The notes: generated from the letters alone by a model not told the origin. Numbered from the stretch's first letter, positions 25,401 to 38,560 are shown. The stretch is 64,000 nucleotides of DNA from Hyphochytrium catenoides (GCA_900088475.1 FLMG01001221.1:49338-113337); one strand, 5' to 3'. Numbers and translations are program-made.

Positions 25401-28400
25401 GATTATGGGTGATGAATCTCCATTGAATACTAGAGAGGCAAAGGTGAGTTTCTCTCTGTCCTGTTGCCTCAAACCCATTCCTTGTTAGCTTTTATCATGA
25501 ACCCTCTCCTTCATGACTCCCTGCTACGTGCCACGGCGTTGCTGGCAATTTGCTTCATCAACCTTACTGCGGCCTTTTGCGAAGGTGGCTATGTCAGAAG
25601 CACTATACTTCACCATCTCGAATCTGCACTCCATTGGGCGAGGAGAGTTTCTTTCTGACCTCAACGCTATGCACAGTTTGCAAGTAAGAAAACCTTTCTT
25701 TGCTCTGTCTTTTAGTACGATGGCCGTAACCAGGTTCTATCTCGTTGCTCTGACAATGCTCAAACCTTCTGCACGTACCCTCCTTCTACGAGGCTTTGCT
25801 GACGCTGCTCGTCTTGTTACGGTGTGCCACGGTGCCTTACGTATAGGATCTCTTCGTTCCTTTGAGAGCGGAAGGGTACCTAGATGAAATGTATTTCTCC
25901 TACTTGGAAGGTTTGAGAAACAACCTACCGAAACCCAGGTTGCGAGCTGGTTAGTAGCGTCCGCAATCTTGTCTGACCGTCGTGCCGGCATCCTGCCTCT
26001 CTCTCCAAAGCCTACATTTGGGCAAGATTATAGATATTTGCAGTCCTCACCATAATTTTGAGTCCAGGCAAGCGACATCAGCAAGAGGGTGAGAGAGCTA
26101 GCGAGGGACCAGCACTGGCTAGTAAAGAAGCACCCCAGAGCTCCGCCGCTATTGTAGCTCCAAACGGTAGCGAAGATAAACAGGAGAAGGCCCTTGTTAA
26201 ACAGGTCCCTGTCTTCCTCTGACCCTCTGTTGACCGTAACCGCTCCCATGCTTCGATGCCTTTTCTCTTCTATCACTTTTGGTCAGCGTGGTTCTTCCCT
26301 ATCCACGTGCGTGAACGGTTGCCCAGCAAACCAATTTGCTTTTACTTTACTCGTTAACTTTCCAGCAATGTCTTTCTCACACTACCCTCTATTCACCTTC
26401 ACTTCGCCCTGCCCAATGAGTAGATCTTGGAGTTCTTTCCAGACTTAAGCCCAGCGCGTGCTCATCAGCTCCTAAAATACTTTGATCTGAACGCTGAGAG
26501 GACCATCACAGCCGTTCTTGAAGGAACGCTGCCTCCAGGTCAGTACGAGTTAGCCTTAAGAAGCATGAAGTAGCGGAGAGTGGAAGGAGCCGACATAGTG
26601 AACGGCAAATGTGACCTTCTCGCAAGAATATTCTAAAAGAAAGCGTAGAGGTGTGGAGGGGAGAGGTCAGTTGAAATCGGTTGAGACAAGGTTATCAGTG
26701 CCATGCCACCCTCTCTCATCCTTGGCTTGGATCTTAAGCTGAGCTTGCCTCATTCCCTCTTTTACTTTCGAGAAGACGACCTGCTTGGGCCGGATGGGGA
26801 GGCCACTCATGTCGCTGCGCCCTCAATTGACCGAGAGAAGAAAGAAGGTGAGCCTTACCTCTTACTGCGGAGACTCTGTTTTCTGAAAGTTTTTTCTTTT
26901 GCGATGTCTCTCGCTGGTGAAAGCGCTGCTCTTCTTGACCTTGTACTTAGAGTCTTAAACTTCCGCTTTCAGAGCCCGTTGCTCGGGTGGAGCCTCGGAC
27001 TGTTTTTGATAACGACGAGTTTGAGACGGCAGACTTCCTCGATCCGAGCAGGGTGTGGGTAAGGACATTTGAAAGGAAGTGGTTGGTATGAGGGGATAAA
27101 CCGCGTCGCTGTGAGCTCTTATGCTGACATAGCTTAAAAGCTTGTTAACCTAACGCGAAAGGGTAAAACTGAACATGGGAAGAGCGGCAGAGAAGGCACT
27201 TAGAAGGCGTCGCGAGGGAAGAGTAGAAAGCAACCTCTGAGTCTCGTGTTTGATGTATCAGGTGGGAAAGAAGAGAGGGGAAAAGCGGTACCTTGCTGGC
27301 CAGGACAAGCGCACACGAGAAACACTTGCATTTTTGAGGTATGTAGCTCTACACTACCCTCGGCGCAATCTTGCGTCACCTCCTCTCGTACCCTAACGAT
27401 GCTCTTGCTCCCGTCTTTTCTCTATATTTATCGTGCGGTTGACCATCCTGCTAACTTCGCTTTCAGCTCTTTTGATGGTTATGACGACGACTACGATTCT
27501 GAGTACGACGAGCCCGCGGTGACGGTCGCTGACAGTCTCGCCGAGTTGGAGAGTATTAGAAAGCACAATGAAAGACTCAAGCAGCAAGAAGAGGTACACT
27601 TAGCCCCAAATTCATGCTGGGACACTTTTACGTCCGTTGACTGCTTTGGTTATCTCTGTCATGCAACGCTTGTCTCTCTAAAAGGAAGCGTCTAGCATTT
27701 TCCTTCGGCTTACCACGTTGGGCATCTGAGGGTTGCTTTTCTCGCTGTCAGAGAATAGTTCGTGAAAAGTCTTAGTCCCACAAAGAGATAGATTCTGATT
27801 ACCGCTTTTGCCCTCTCCGCTGTGTTACGAAGGAGGATAGCTTTTGGGAGCAAATGCGGAACCCCAATAGGCCAAAGATATACGATGGGGAAGATGGTGA
27901 GGAAGATGGAAAAGAGGAGGAGACAGAGAAAGCAGCGAAAGGAGAAGCACCGGCTGGCGGGAGAGGAGGTAAGACAAAGAGTGCAGTTCTCAGGCGAATG
28001 GAACTGCTGACTCCAGTTATTATGTTCAGGTTTTGCCAATAGAGGCAGAGGCGGAAGAGGGACAGGCGGTAGGGGCAGCAACGGTAGGACCTCAACCAGT
28101 TCTGTCCTTTGGTTCTACTTCCTTGTGATCTCTCCGATCTCCTAGCGTTCATGTCATACTTGCTGTACCTTGTGCAGTTCATGCTCTCTCTCCTGAATGA
28201 AATTTACGACTCAAACTTATCATGACCTTTGCTCCCAGACCAAGATACCGTCGAAGGCGCAGGAGGCAAAAGCGGCGAGAGAGGCTCTTCGGATAGAGGT
28301 CGAGGCGGAAGAACTGGCGGTCGGGGAGGGAGAGGGAGAGGAGGAAGGGGAGGCGAAGGCGAGGGTGAGCTCAGCGCCTTGCAAAAGAGAAGGAAGGACC

Positions 28401-28474
28401 AGAACAAGGCTAAAGCCGCAAATCACAACCGCAAGGCAGGAGCAGCGCGGAAAGCAGCGAAAGGAATGTTCTAG
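22458..28474 (+). CDS. ASCC2: Activating signal cointegrator 1 complex subunit 2 (CUE-domain), multi-exon
   Basis: Exons encode QFLPFLP, MNNDLRSLL..NESLLKYLDTFLRF, CUE DLSPARAHQLLKYFDLNAERTITAVLEGTLPP (~26445-26538), YDDDYDSEYDE, an RGG tract and the characteristic C-terminus RRKDQNKAKAANHNRKAGAARKAAKGMF*. Internal boundaries are approximate. Confidence 0.85.
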
Positions 28475-29399
28475 AGCTAGTTCGTGGCTTCTATACTACC
28501 TATCCTCTGTCCCAAGAGGTTCGCACCACCAGGCTTGGCCTTCCAAGGCCATCGATTCCAGCGTTGGTCAGGAGCAAAGAAAGATGTTCACCTCTGTCAT
28601 GAGGTGAAAGAATGGGATCCCAGGACGCTTTGTAACCGACCAAATTGCTGCATCGCAGGCTGCAGAGCGGAAAATAGCAACTATTGCCTTTGCCAACGCT
28701 CGAGGTGTGGCCAAAGTGTGGCGAGCATATCTGACTCATTCGTCGGCGTGGTACACGTAGCATAAAAGGCGACCTTCAATGAGGATGAGTAACGCGATGT
28801 CTCCGAAGCTACTAGTCAAGCAGCTAGTCAAGCGATGGTGGCTGTAAGCGGTGTGCTCCTTCCTTTCTTATCTTGTTCAGAACCTGTATGAATAGACATC
28901 CCGCTTATAGCGCTACATCTTTATTCGCTCTTCGCTGCCCTCTTCAATGTACGCTCTCGATCTACCTCCGTCTATGCTATCTGGTCTCTAGTCCTACATA
29001 CCCGAATATTCCTTCACGGCGAGATCATGGAACTCTCGTTGCAATAGAAGATAACAGGACGACAAAGACCAAGACTTACAATAAGCATTGGCTCTTTCTC
29101 ACACATTACGATCATCAGTCGGGGACCGATAGCTGTCAGAGTCTAACGGCCCTGAAGCACTGGCTTATGTTAAAGTGGACAAATAACTTGCTTAACTGTT
29201 ATTCTTACATAGCTGATTGACTTGGCAAAACGTGGTAGCGAAATCGAGTGACAAACAAGTTTCGAGACAGGAATATTGAAGAAGAGAGTCAGCCACACCG
29301 GAAACCCAGACGACGGTAGACGACACAGCCGGTTTTCAAAATACGAGGTAGTGCTGGAGAGGGAGAAGACAGGCTCAGTCCTAGAACAGAGACCAAAGT

Positions 29400-30335
29400 T
29401 TACTGGCACTTGCCGCCGGTGAAAGTAGTGCCGGATGGGCAATTGAGCACCTTGTCCACGTAGGAGCGGAGGATAGCGACTCTGCTGTAGACACCAGGCT
29501 GCTCCCTGGCGCATCCCTCTCCCCAGGAGGTGAGGCCCACGAGTACAGGTACGGCATTATCGACGATCATAGGTCCGCCAGAGTCTCCCTGGCAGGTATC
29601 TACGCCTGGACGCTTGGCACAGATCATGGTCTTATGAATGGACGAAGGGTTTCCATAGAGTCTCTGGCATTCGCTCTGGGTGACGAGCTTCACACTTGCT
29701 TGAAGAAGCTTTGGGCTTGTGGATCCGCCCTCGGAGGTTGCTCCCCAGCCCAGAATCTTGAAAGTACGGGCGCTGCTCTCAGTGCTGTAAGACCCATCGT
29801 CCAGCTCAGGGTAGGAACGGAGGTCAGCTCCTCCAGTGACCTTCAAGATAGCGATGTCGTTAGCCTGAGCGGGAGAGCCATAGCTTGGGTGGACGTTGAT
29901 CTCTACGACATCCATCTTGATCCCCTTCTCGGAAGTGTCACGCCAGTCGTGGCGGCCAGCCTCCACTCTGATGCGAGATGGGTTGCTCACGAGGTCGTCC
30001 ACGCAGTCTAAACACAGGGAGGAGGGAGGTGTAAGAGATGGGCTCGCACATGTAATGGACACGATCAGAGGAAAGAGGCAGAGTATGGCTAGGAGAAGAC
30101 AAGGCAATGGAGGATAAGGGTACGTACGGGCAGCGGTAAGGACGACATTCTTTCCAATGTAGGAAGCGCCACAGAATGGTCTGGTTCCAGTCTTCGACAG
30201 GAGGCCGACCGTCCAGTTGGAATATTTGAACTTTGGCGCTTCCTGGCCTCCGACAATGGTAGAGTCAGAAGCAGACACCAGTGAAGACTGGGCTAGCAGA
30301 GCAGCCGCGAAAAGGAGCTGAATGACACCTGGCAT
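29400..30335 (-). CDS. Secreted trypsin-like serine protease (S1A), 2 exons (30335-30128, 30007-29400), 271 aa
   Basis: Signal peptide, IVGG, TAAH|C (His codon split by a 120-nt GT-AG intron), NDIAIL, DTCQGDSGGP and SWGEGC..PGVY. Confidence 0.95.
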   Translation of the reverse strand: MPGVIQLLFAAALLAQSSLVSASDSTIVGGQEAPKFKYSNWTVGLLSKTGTRPFCGASYIGKNVVLTAARTYPYPPLPCLLLAILCLFPLIVSITCASPSLTPPSSLCLDCVDDLVSNPSRIRVEAGRHDWRDTSEKGIKMDVVEINVHPSYGSPAQANDIAILKVTGGADLRSYPELDDGSYSTESSARTFKILGWGATSEGGSTSPKLLQASVKLVTQSECQRLYGNPSSIHKTMICAKRPGVDTCQGDSGGPMIVDNAVPVLVGLTSWGEGCAREQPGVYSRVAILRSYVDKVLNCPSGTTFTGGKCQ

Positions 30336-32065
30336 GTTGTTGTTGACGGGGTAGGTAGACGGTGGGGTCTGTCTGAAGTGTGGAGGACGGCGGCGGTGGA
30401 GATTGCCTGGCGTTTGTTGGTTGGCTGGTACGCTGGAAATTGGAGAATGAACGTGAAGGAGGGAGCCTCAGCTTGAGGAGAATAGCGCCGTGTTGCTGGT
30501 AGGTAGCAGTTTTTCAGGGGAGAGAAGAAGGACCGTCACGGGCTGCTAGGCAAGCATGGAAAGAGAGTGTAGAACTCTAGAGCAGGCAGTTGTGCTCGCT
30601 ATCTCTTCTCACTCTAGAAAGGGAAGAGACCCACCTTTTTATTCTCGGCAGCTTCTCGCTCTCTACTCTTCCCGTCTGGCGCTCTATCATTGAAGAAGTC
30701 TGTGCAGAGATCGGGTGTGACAGCTCATGATCAGACTCTTCACAGACTTTGGTCACTGTCTCGCATGAGCCTCAAGCATAAGCAATAATGTAACTACGGC
30801 TGTTCGGTCTGTCCTCGTCGGGGGATAAAAGGAGAATAACATAAGATTCTGTGAGATCTGGCGATCTTCAGATCTTTCTTGAGGGCCAAAAGAAGTGGGA
30901 GCGTCATAGAGGATCAGTAAATGCCTTTATCTATAGAGAGACATCGCTATTCTCTCTCTCTTTCACACCAGCAGGGTCATAAGAGGAAAGATGAAGAGTT
31001 ATTCCAAGGCACCACTATGTACACTCAGTTTATGTCGAGTCAGTGCTGCTTGCGACATTCATTCTTCAGCTCCTACAAGTAGCAGTGAGCAACACCTCTC
31101 TAGTTTAGATAGGGAGGCAACATCAGAATAAATAGACGCACAGGATAAGGGATGGCGGATGCTTCGAGCCACGTAAGAGCGAGCAATAAGGCGAAGGTTT
31201 GTGCAGGTAGGAATGGAACAGACAGTCATAAGCCCAGCTGCGCTTTGCAGAAGCCAGGACATGTGACAGAGAGTTTTATGACGTGTCCTTGCGGCAACAA
31301 CTAATAAGAAGTGTGACACTGAGGAAGCCAGCAGAGGGAGAGAGGACGCAATAGCACAGAGCACGAAGAACGAGGGAAGGGACGCGCTGGTAGGCATACA
31401 CTTCATGGCATCTCTTCAGGAGCCACAAAGCGGTTCTATTTTAGAAGTGGTGGTCGACGTTCAACAAAATTAGCCTCCGATCTGTCTTCTGACATCTCAC
31501 CTCCTGCAGCAGTCCCTCTCTCTCGCCTATCTATTCTCTTCTGGTCCCTTTGATCATGTTTGCTCCGCTGTTACATCTTCTTCTTTCTTCCTCTGCGACT
31601 TACAAAGTTCCCCTTCAACCTTCTGACTCTTCCGTCGGTGTCCCTGCTGATCAAGTGATCTCTCTTTCTTGTTTGCTCTTCCTTCTTCGACTCCGTATTG
31701 TTGCCCCTGCTGCTGGCGACGGGTCGGACACAGGCGGCGGAGGATGATGGAGGAGAGGAGGAAAGATAAAAGATACCAGGCACACAAGCCTCTTGGGGAT
31801 AAAATCATTGGACATCAGCGCTCAGGCAGCCTTGAGCTTCCTTCCGAGCGAGTAGTGAACTCTTTCCCCTGTCCGTTACGCCATCAAATCATCTGCCTGT
31901 CTCCCTGCCTTGTGAGCCAGGACGAAGACCGAATAAAACGCCAGGAGCGGGGTCTAAGGGGGGGAACTACTTGAACTTAGGATCCTGAATATTGTGCTAC
32001 TACACCTCATCTATTTTGAATTATAGATAATATAATTTGTAATACTAGGAGTAAGGAAAGTAAGG

Positions 32066-32131
<66 letters not shown>

Positions 32132-32171
32132 CTCTATCTCTTACTTTCTCTCTCGCTCTCGCTCTCTTTCA

Positions 32172-32205
<34 letters not shown>

Positions 32206-32217
32206 TCTCTCTCTTTC

Positions 32218-32252
<35 letters not shown>

Positions 32253-32410
32253 TCTCTCTCTCTCTATTTCTCTCTCTCTTCTTCTCTCATCTCTCGCTCT
32301 CTCCTCTCTCTCTCTCTCATCTCTCTCTGTGTCTCCCGCCCACTTTCCTCTCTCTCTCTGTCTCTCGCTCTCTCGTTCTTTCTCTCCCCTTCTACTTCCT
32401 TCTTTCTCCA
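32066..32410. repeat. (CT)n/(CTAT)n compound microsatellite
   Basis: Direct repeats visible in the sequence. Confidence 0.95.
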
Positions 32411-34418
32411 CTGTGGGTTTAATATGTAGAACTGTCTCTCTCCACTAAGGTTTCTTAGTAGTACACTATTGTAGTCATGTGATGGATAAGCTGCAATCAG
32501 AAGAAGAAGGGAGGAGACGCTGTGGAGGTCAAAGCAGGATGAACGAGGAGACTACGAGGCTACTAAATAATGGACTGGCGATGCTAGCGGTGGCTGCTGC
32601 TCTTTCCTTCACTTGTGCCTGGCTCCATCACGATGGTCTCACGCTCTCTCGGCGTCCTTTCTATCTAATACTTTATTCCAGACGAGTGGGGAACTGCTAG
32701 GAGAAGACGAGAGAGCCCACTCTTCATCATCCTCTGTTGGTGCTCAGATGATAGAAGGAATGATACGAGAAGGGAGATAGAACTACACTTCGATAGAGCG
32801 AAAGGAGAAAGAGAGACCTGATCGTGGCCAGGTTAGCTCAGTAGAACTCTCCTTCTCTTACTCCTTCCTGTCGGCACAGCATCCTGGCACGACTTAGGCG
32901 GTTGCTCTCAAGGTTGAGAGACTGACAGCAGCCCGTCCATGCTTGCAGAAGTTCGCTTCTTGGGAGCAGAGAAGAAGAAGACGGGGACTCCCCTCTGATC
33001 TCTGTCTCTCTTCAGCTTACTCCGTCTCCTCTACCTTTTCCCTTCTGGGTTCGTATCTCTTCAGCTGCTGTAGCTTCTCTGATGTGCGTCATGTCAAGAG
33101 ACCTCGTCTCTCCCATCCTCAGCTCACAAAATTGAAGAAAAAAGAAGGATCAGCACTTATCTTCGTCTCTGACTTCTGATCTCAACCAGCGACTATGATA
33201 ATAGAGTGGGTATAATAGGCATGGCACCTTCTATGGTGAGGGCTGTACTAGAAAAAGAAGAGAGAGAGAGAGCTAAAGATAATAAGAATGAGGAAGTTAT
33301 TCTTCCTCTATGCGCTGTCCCTCATCTCTGGACAGCTTCAGCAGCATTGGGAAAGAGAAGGAAAAGTCTGGACAAACGTGTAGGACAGCTTCTTCCTTTA
33401 ACGATGTTACAATGGGGGAAACTAGCAGCAGTCAGTAGTAAAGTTAAGATGCGGTGCCCCGTCTCCTCTGCCCCCACACATTGCTTCTTCCTCCTCCACA
33501 CTCTCTCTCGTTCCCCTCTCGCTATCTCTCATTAACTCCTTGTTGCTCGAGTGCTGTGAGCCGCTCGTCTAGGCTTCTGGCCTTGTGCGGAGGAAGGAGA
33601 ATAAAGAGCTGCCATGATGCTATTGCTCTAAGTGGGAGGAGCCATAAGAGTGAGAGAGAGAGTGCTTGTGTCTATGCTATGATTACTATGAAGAAAAAGT
33701 AGCGTCAGCTTGCCTTTTGGCTGACAAACGCTCATCACTCGTATGATCCACATCAGTGCCTCCTCCCTGTCCAGAACTATCGAGTTCCGCATCTTGATCA
33801 ACAGAGAAAGCCACAAGAAGAGGGAGGGGAACCAAGGCACAAAAGGGGCTGACGATGGTCAGGATTGAGGAAAGGCGGACATATCAGGAAGACAGAGAAA
33901 GAGGCAGGCAAGGGAAAGGGAGACTGAGATTCGGGATAGAAAGAGAGGAAAAGAGAGAGAGGAGAGTGCAAGAGAAAAGAAGGACAACAGAAACTTCTCA
34001 AGTCGAGAATGCGGGGCAGTGTGCAACTTCTACGCTCTGCATCGCGCAATGACATGAAGAAAGGTCTAAAATAGAAATCTTCTTATCCCCGCAGCGGAAG
34101 GATGAAAGAGCAGACCGAAGAGAATCTGCTCCCCTTCGCTCGCAGTGCTTCTCTCTCGCCCACCTTTCCTCCTGCCTCTTTCCTTCTCCTTCTCCTCACC
34201 AACTCCTCGGCGTTTTTATTGTCCTTCTGTTCCTTCGCCTCTCCCGTAAAGGAACAAGGAGGCTGAGCTGCGGCGCTTGGCTGTTCCTTACAGCAGCAGC
34301 CATCGCGTTCGTTCTATTCAATCACTTCCCAATCTTCCAGCCCCGGAACACCACCACCACAACCACCTCCAACCCCTCTTCGCCGTAGCGGACAACCCTT
34401 CCCACTCGCTGTTCCAAG

Positions 34419-35740
34419 ATGCAGAGCCTCCTCAAGTTTCTCTGTGCTGTTGCCCTCTTGGCACCATCCTCAACTTCCTTCTTCGTCTCTGCGGCTCACC
34501 CTCATCCGCTGAGCGATGGTCTGATTGTTGGCGGAGAAGAAGCTCCCAAGTTCAAATATTCAAACTGGACCGTGGGACTGCTCTCCAAGACTGGCACCAG
34601 GCCTTTCTGTGGAGCCTCCTACATCGGCAAAGACATCGTCCTCACTGCTGCTCGTAAGTTCCCTACCACTTTGCTCTCTCTCTCTCCCTCTCCCTATTTC
34701 TCCTCAACCACCGCTAAAAGCAAGCTAAAACTCACTCCACTCATTCGTCGCTGCTTATTTCTCTTTCTAATCGCTTTCGGGGGATGTAGCGTCAGCCCTA
34801 CGTCTTCTCTTTCTTAGAAGCTAAAGTAGCTCTCTTCTCCTCGCCTTCTTGCTCTTCCTATCTCTTTCTTCTTTTGTCCCCCTGACGTCGTGAGGCCTCT
34901 CGCTTGTCTAACAATCACTTTCGTTCTCCTTAGATTGCGTCGACACACTGGTGAGCAACCCCTCTCGCATCCGTGTTGAGGCTGGACGTCATGACTGGCG
35001 CGACACCTCTGAAGTAGGCGTAAAGATGAACGTCCTGGAGATCCACGTCCACCCTCAGTACGGAACTCCCGCGCTGTCCAACGATATTGCCATCCTGAAG
35101 GTGGCCGGCGGACAAGATCTACCTTGGTACCCGGAGTTGGATGATGGAAAGCAATCTGATGAGACGCAGAGTCGCGTCTTCAAGGTCCTCGGGTAAGTGA
35201 AGAACCTGTTCACCCAGTCGTCTTCCCTTTCTTCTGAGGACGTCTTAGCTCCTTTAGCTAATCTGAGTGCCGTTTTCTACAACCTTTTCATCTGTTCCCA
35301 GCTGGGGCGCCACCAGCGAGGGCGGAGCTACCAGCCCCAAGCTTCTCCAGGCTTCCGTCGGGCTTGTATCTCAGCAAGATTGCCGCCGCTTGTACCAGAG
35401 CGACGATAAGATCACTGAGACTATGATCTGTGCAAATGCCAAGGGCATCGACACTTGCCAAGGCGACTCAGGTACCTCTTTACCTCTACCTACTTTCCCT
35501 TCTTCCCTTTTGTAAGCAACAGAAAGCTGATCATCTCTCTCCTCTATTTCCTTCCTCTTAGGTGGACCTATGATTGTTGATAACGCTGTGCCCGTCATTG
35601 TTGGTCTGACGTCTTGGGGTGAGGGCTGCGCTAGAGAGCAACCTGGTGTTTATAGCAGAGTCTCCCTTCTCCGCTCCTATGTGAACGAGGTTCTTGGCTG
35701 CCCTGAAGGAACAACCTTCACCGGCGGGAAGTGCCAGTGA
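34419..35740 (+). CDS. Secreted trypsin-like serine protease paralog, 4 exons (34419-34653, 34934-35192, 35302-35471, 35562-35740), 280 aa
   Basis: Spliced frame is continuous. IVGG, TAAHC, NDIAIL and DTCQGDSGGP are present, and long stretches are identical to the 29400-30335 protein. Confidence 0.95.
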
Positions 35741-37120
35741 AAGCAGGCAATGGCCAGAGGGAGAGAGGGTAGAGAGCTTGACTATATCGTCTAGAAGAAC
35801 CCTGTCCACTGTTTTTAAAGCGGCAGGGGAAGGCCTTCTCCCACTACTCAGACAGAACAATTTAATGTCAACATTTCTCTTTTTCAAAAGATTTGCCTGT
35901 CAGAATCCTCCTTGGCGCGCCCTTTGTCNNNNNNNNNNNNNNNNNNNNNNNNNNNNNNNNNNNNNNNNNNNNNNNNNNNNNNNNNNNNNNNNNNNNNNNN
36001 NNNNNNNNNNNNNNNNNNNNCTGCCGCCCGTACTACTTTGACTTGACTGCACCAAAACCTGCATTAGCCTTTATCTCCCTGCTCTGAACGAACGCAATGA
36101 GATTTTACTTCGGTCCCTGGAGCACGACGAGCTCTTCTTCTGGTGAGTAGGACAGCTTGCAGAGCAGTCGTCGCGTGAAGACTATCAAAGTCACTATGCG
36201 GCTCATAGTGAATGTGTAGATCTCAAGCTGAAAGATCGGGCTGCTCAGCACTTTTCCTTACCAAGCTGTCGGTTCCTTAGGTCCTATTTGAAGAGAGGTA
36301 TAGCTCATTGAAAGTCCACAGCTAGTACCATGTTTGGGATTAGGGTTAGAGGATTCTTCCGTGATCGACTAGGAATGCATCAAGGGCCTCGCCATCTTCA
36401 AGCTACTACTATTGCCGCCATTGTCACTGCTGGCTGACGGCTGACTCTGCGCTGACGGCTGACTCTGCTCTGAAGGCTCAACCCACAACGAAGGCAGAGC
36501 AGTGGATGACCTCCTTATCCCAGCAGTCTCAGACAGTAGGTGCCTTGTCCATTCCAGAGCCCGATCATGGAATATTGATGAAGAGAATGGCGATTGTTGA
36601 GAAGACGCTGACAGAGACATCCACAGCGTCCAACCTTCTAGTTTGAATCACCACGCTGATGTCCTCGATCTCTTTCATCAAGCGCAGGGCAAAGAGAGAT
36701 TTATGTGCCGCGGGCAGCGCAATGTTGACCCGTCGAATAGCCTTTCTCTTCATCAATGAAGTGTTACAGGATACGGCTGCTGTGATTAGCCCGAAAGAAG
36801 AAGTTAGAAAAAAGATCCGACAGCCACCGCGATCAGCAGCAATGACTGCTTTAAGCGTCCCGGTAAACGACCATGGAGAAGAGGAAAAACCAATAGTCAA
36901 AGCTCTTGCTGAAGAGAAGAGAAAGAAGGTTTAGCCGAAGGATGAGAAGCTGACTGATCGCTAAGGGCGGGCTATAGTGGCAGAGCACAAAGTATCGAGA
37001 CTGGTCGTATCAATGATGGATCTATGGCGGCGATGGAGCCAGCAGCGATAGCGAGGCCCAGCATAGTGTACATGGGAAACAGAAGCGGAAAGGCTCGCGG
37101 TCCGCGCCATTGTCTATTGA
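35550..37120. repeat. Segmental duplication, copy 1 (trypsin last exon plus downstream block)
   Basis: Collinear similarity to 38960-40530, for example cttatcccagcag(t/c)ctcagacagtaggtgccttgt and gacagagacatccacagcgtcca. Confidence 0.85.
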
Positions 37121-37413
37121 GGCTTGTCTGTTGCTTCTGACTTCGAAGAGTCTTCGTTGGCTATACCGGCCGTGAAATAGAGGACTCATTACCGTGCGGG
37201 CACTGAGCTTGTTCGGAGCTCTAGAATGCGCTTGTCTCTACCTAATTTTCTATTTAACCATTTTCATGGTCTGCTGATATTGGAATGTAGTAAGAAGCCC
37301 TATGGAGGTTGACCCAGTGAACGCTACCCAGAGACTGCTTGCAGAAAGAAGCTCCATCTCGTTGCTTGATTGCAGCATCGATTCCATGGACGTCCCAAGC
37401 ACATCCTACAAGC

Positions 37414-38184
37414 CTACATGTCCTGTCGCGGATAGCTCTTCCATATGATGAGCATAGAGATAGCTGCCGCCCTTAATAAGCGCCCTCCTCCATCCTCGTC
37501 ATCAGTTATACTGTTGGCAGCTTGAGTGAGGACCAATCATCAGAAAGCCGCCTATAGTTGCTTTGAATACCTTGCTGTTGCTTGCCAAAGCTCATCTGTT
37601 GCCCAACGCCGTTTAGCCACCTCCGAGAACACACGCAAGCACAGATCTTCGACTGGCTCCTTGATCCCCTTTGATCTTCTCTGCAACATCGTTTAAACTT
37701 ATACACGAGGACGTCTAGCGACATGTGAAGCGTTTCGTACCGCGGCGAAGGTCAGGTCGGCTATCCATTTGGCTCTTACACAAAAATCAAGCCAAAGCGT
37801 ACAGATGTGACGCAGCGCCACTTGCTCCCCTCCTCCATCATCAGTCTGCAGTGGCAAGGTGTCCTCTAGATGTTGCCGCACGGTATTCTCTATAGTACGA
37901 TAGATCGCGACTGACTCTCCTTCGTTCTCGGCTATATATCGCTGGAATTTCCTGGTGTCATTCACACACCACAGCCGAGAGGAGGGAAGAGCTTGAGCAT
38001 GTATTGGAAACGACGATAGAGACCACGATCATTCTTCTTACCGGACCATCGCAACATAATCTACAGAGGAGGGTGGGTTTAGTAGGCTTGTACTGCTGAG
38101 GCACGCTTGAATGGCCTCTTCCAGCCATAACAGCGACTCTTCGGTCACAGATGATCCTGAGCTTTCTTCTCTGGATTCACTCAT
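37414..38184 (-). CDS. Stand-alone cullin N-terminal repeat protein (mini-cullin, CACUL1-like architecture), 4 exons (38184-38042, 37951-37741, 37680-37571, 37510-37414), 186 aa
   Basis: GT-AG introns of 90, 60 and 60 nt join in frame. WLEEAIQACL..DYVAMVR..EGESVAIYRTIENTVRQHL..LRHICTLWLDFC..WIADL..PVEDLCLRVFSEV..RLLRAAAISML follows the helices of cullin repeat 1. Confidence 0.65.
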
Positions 38185-38376
38185 TCTTCTTGGCGAGACG
38201 ACTAGGCGAAAGGTTACCTAATAAAATTATTAGCCTCCCAGGTCTCAAAAGAAGAACTGATGCCTCGTGACAAGATCGACGCCTTGATGCCTGGCCTACG
38301 CGGGCATTAAACGTTACTCACCAACACTCGCCCAACTCCAATGGCAAACAAAAGTTGTTCTTATTTCCTAAAACTA

Positions 38377-38560
38377 AAGGGTTGTGCTACTATTTCGCCC
38401 ATGAAGGCATGAAGGGCATTATTAGCACAGGAGGATAGTAAGAAGCTTAGTGTGATCCTGGAGTCGGTCAGGCACACTGGATTCCCACCCAACTTACACG
38501 TAGAGCATTATGTTAGGGGTGGGCATAATTGTAGCAGGGCAAAATAGTGGCACAACCCTT
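38377..38560. mobile_element. MITE, 184 bp, with 24-bp terminal inverted repeats and TA target duplication
   Basis: Left end aagggttgtgctactatttcgccc versus right end gggcaaaatagtggcacaaccctt (22/24 complementary). TA at 38375-38376 and 38561-38562. Confidence 0.75.

Noticed and set aside
31975-32060. Other short AT-rich patches (also ~4620-4780, ~47985-48030, ~60110-60250) as additional viral inserts
   Set aside because: Short, and the frames I translated showed stops or no recognisable protein similarity. A BLASTx would be needed to exclude them fully.
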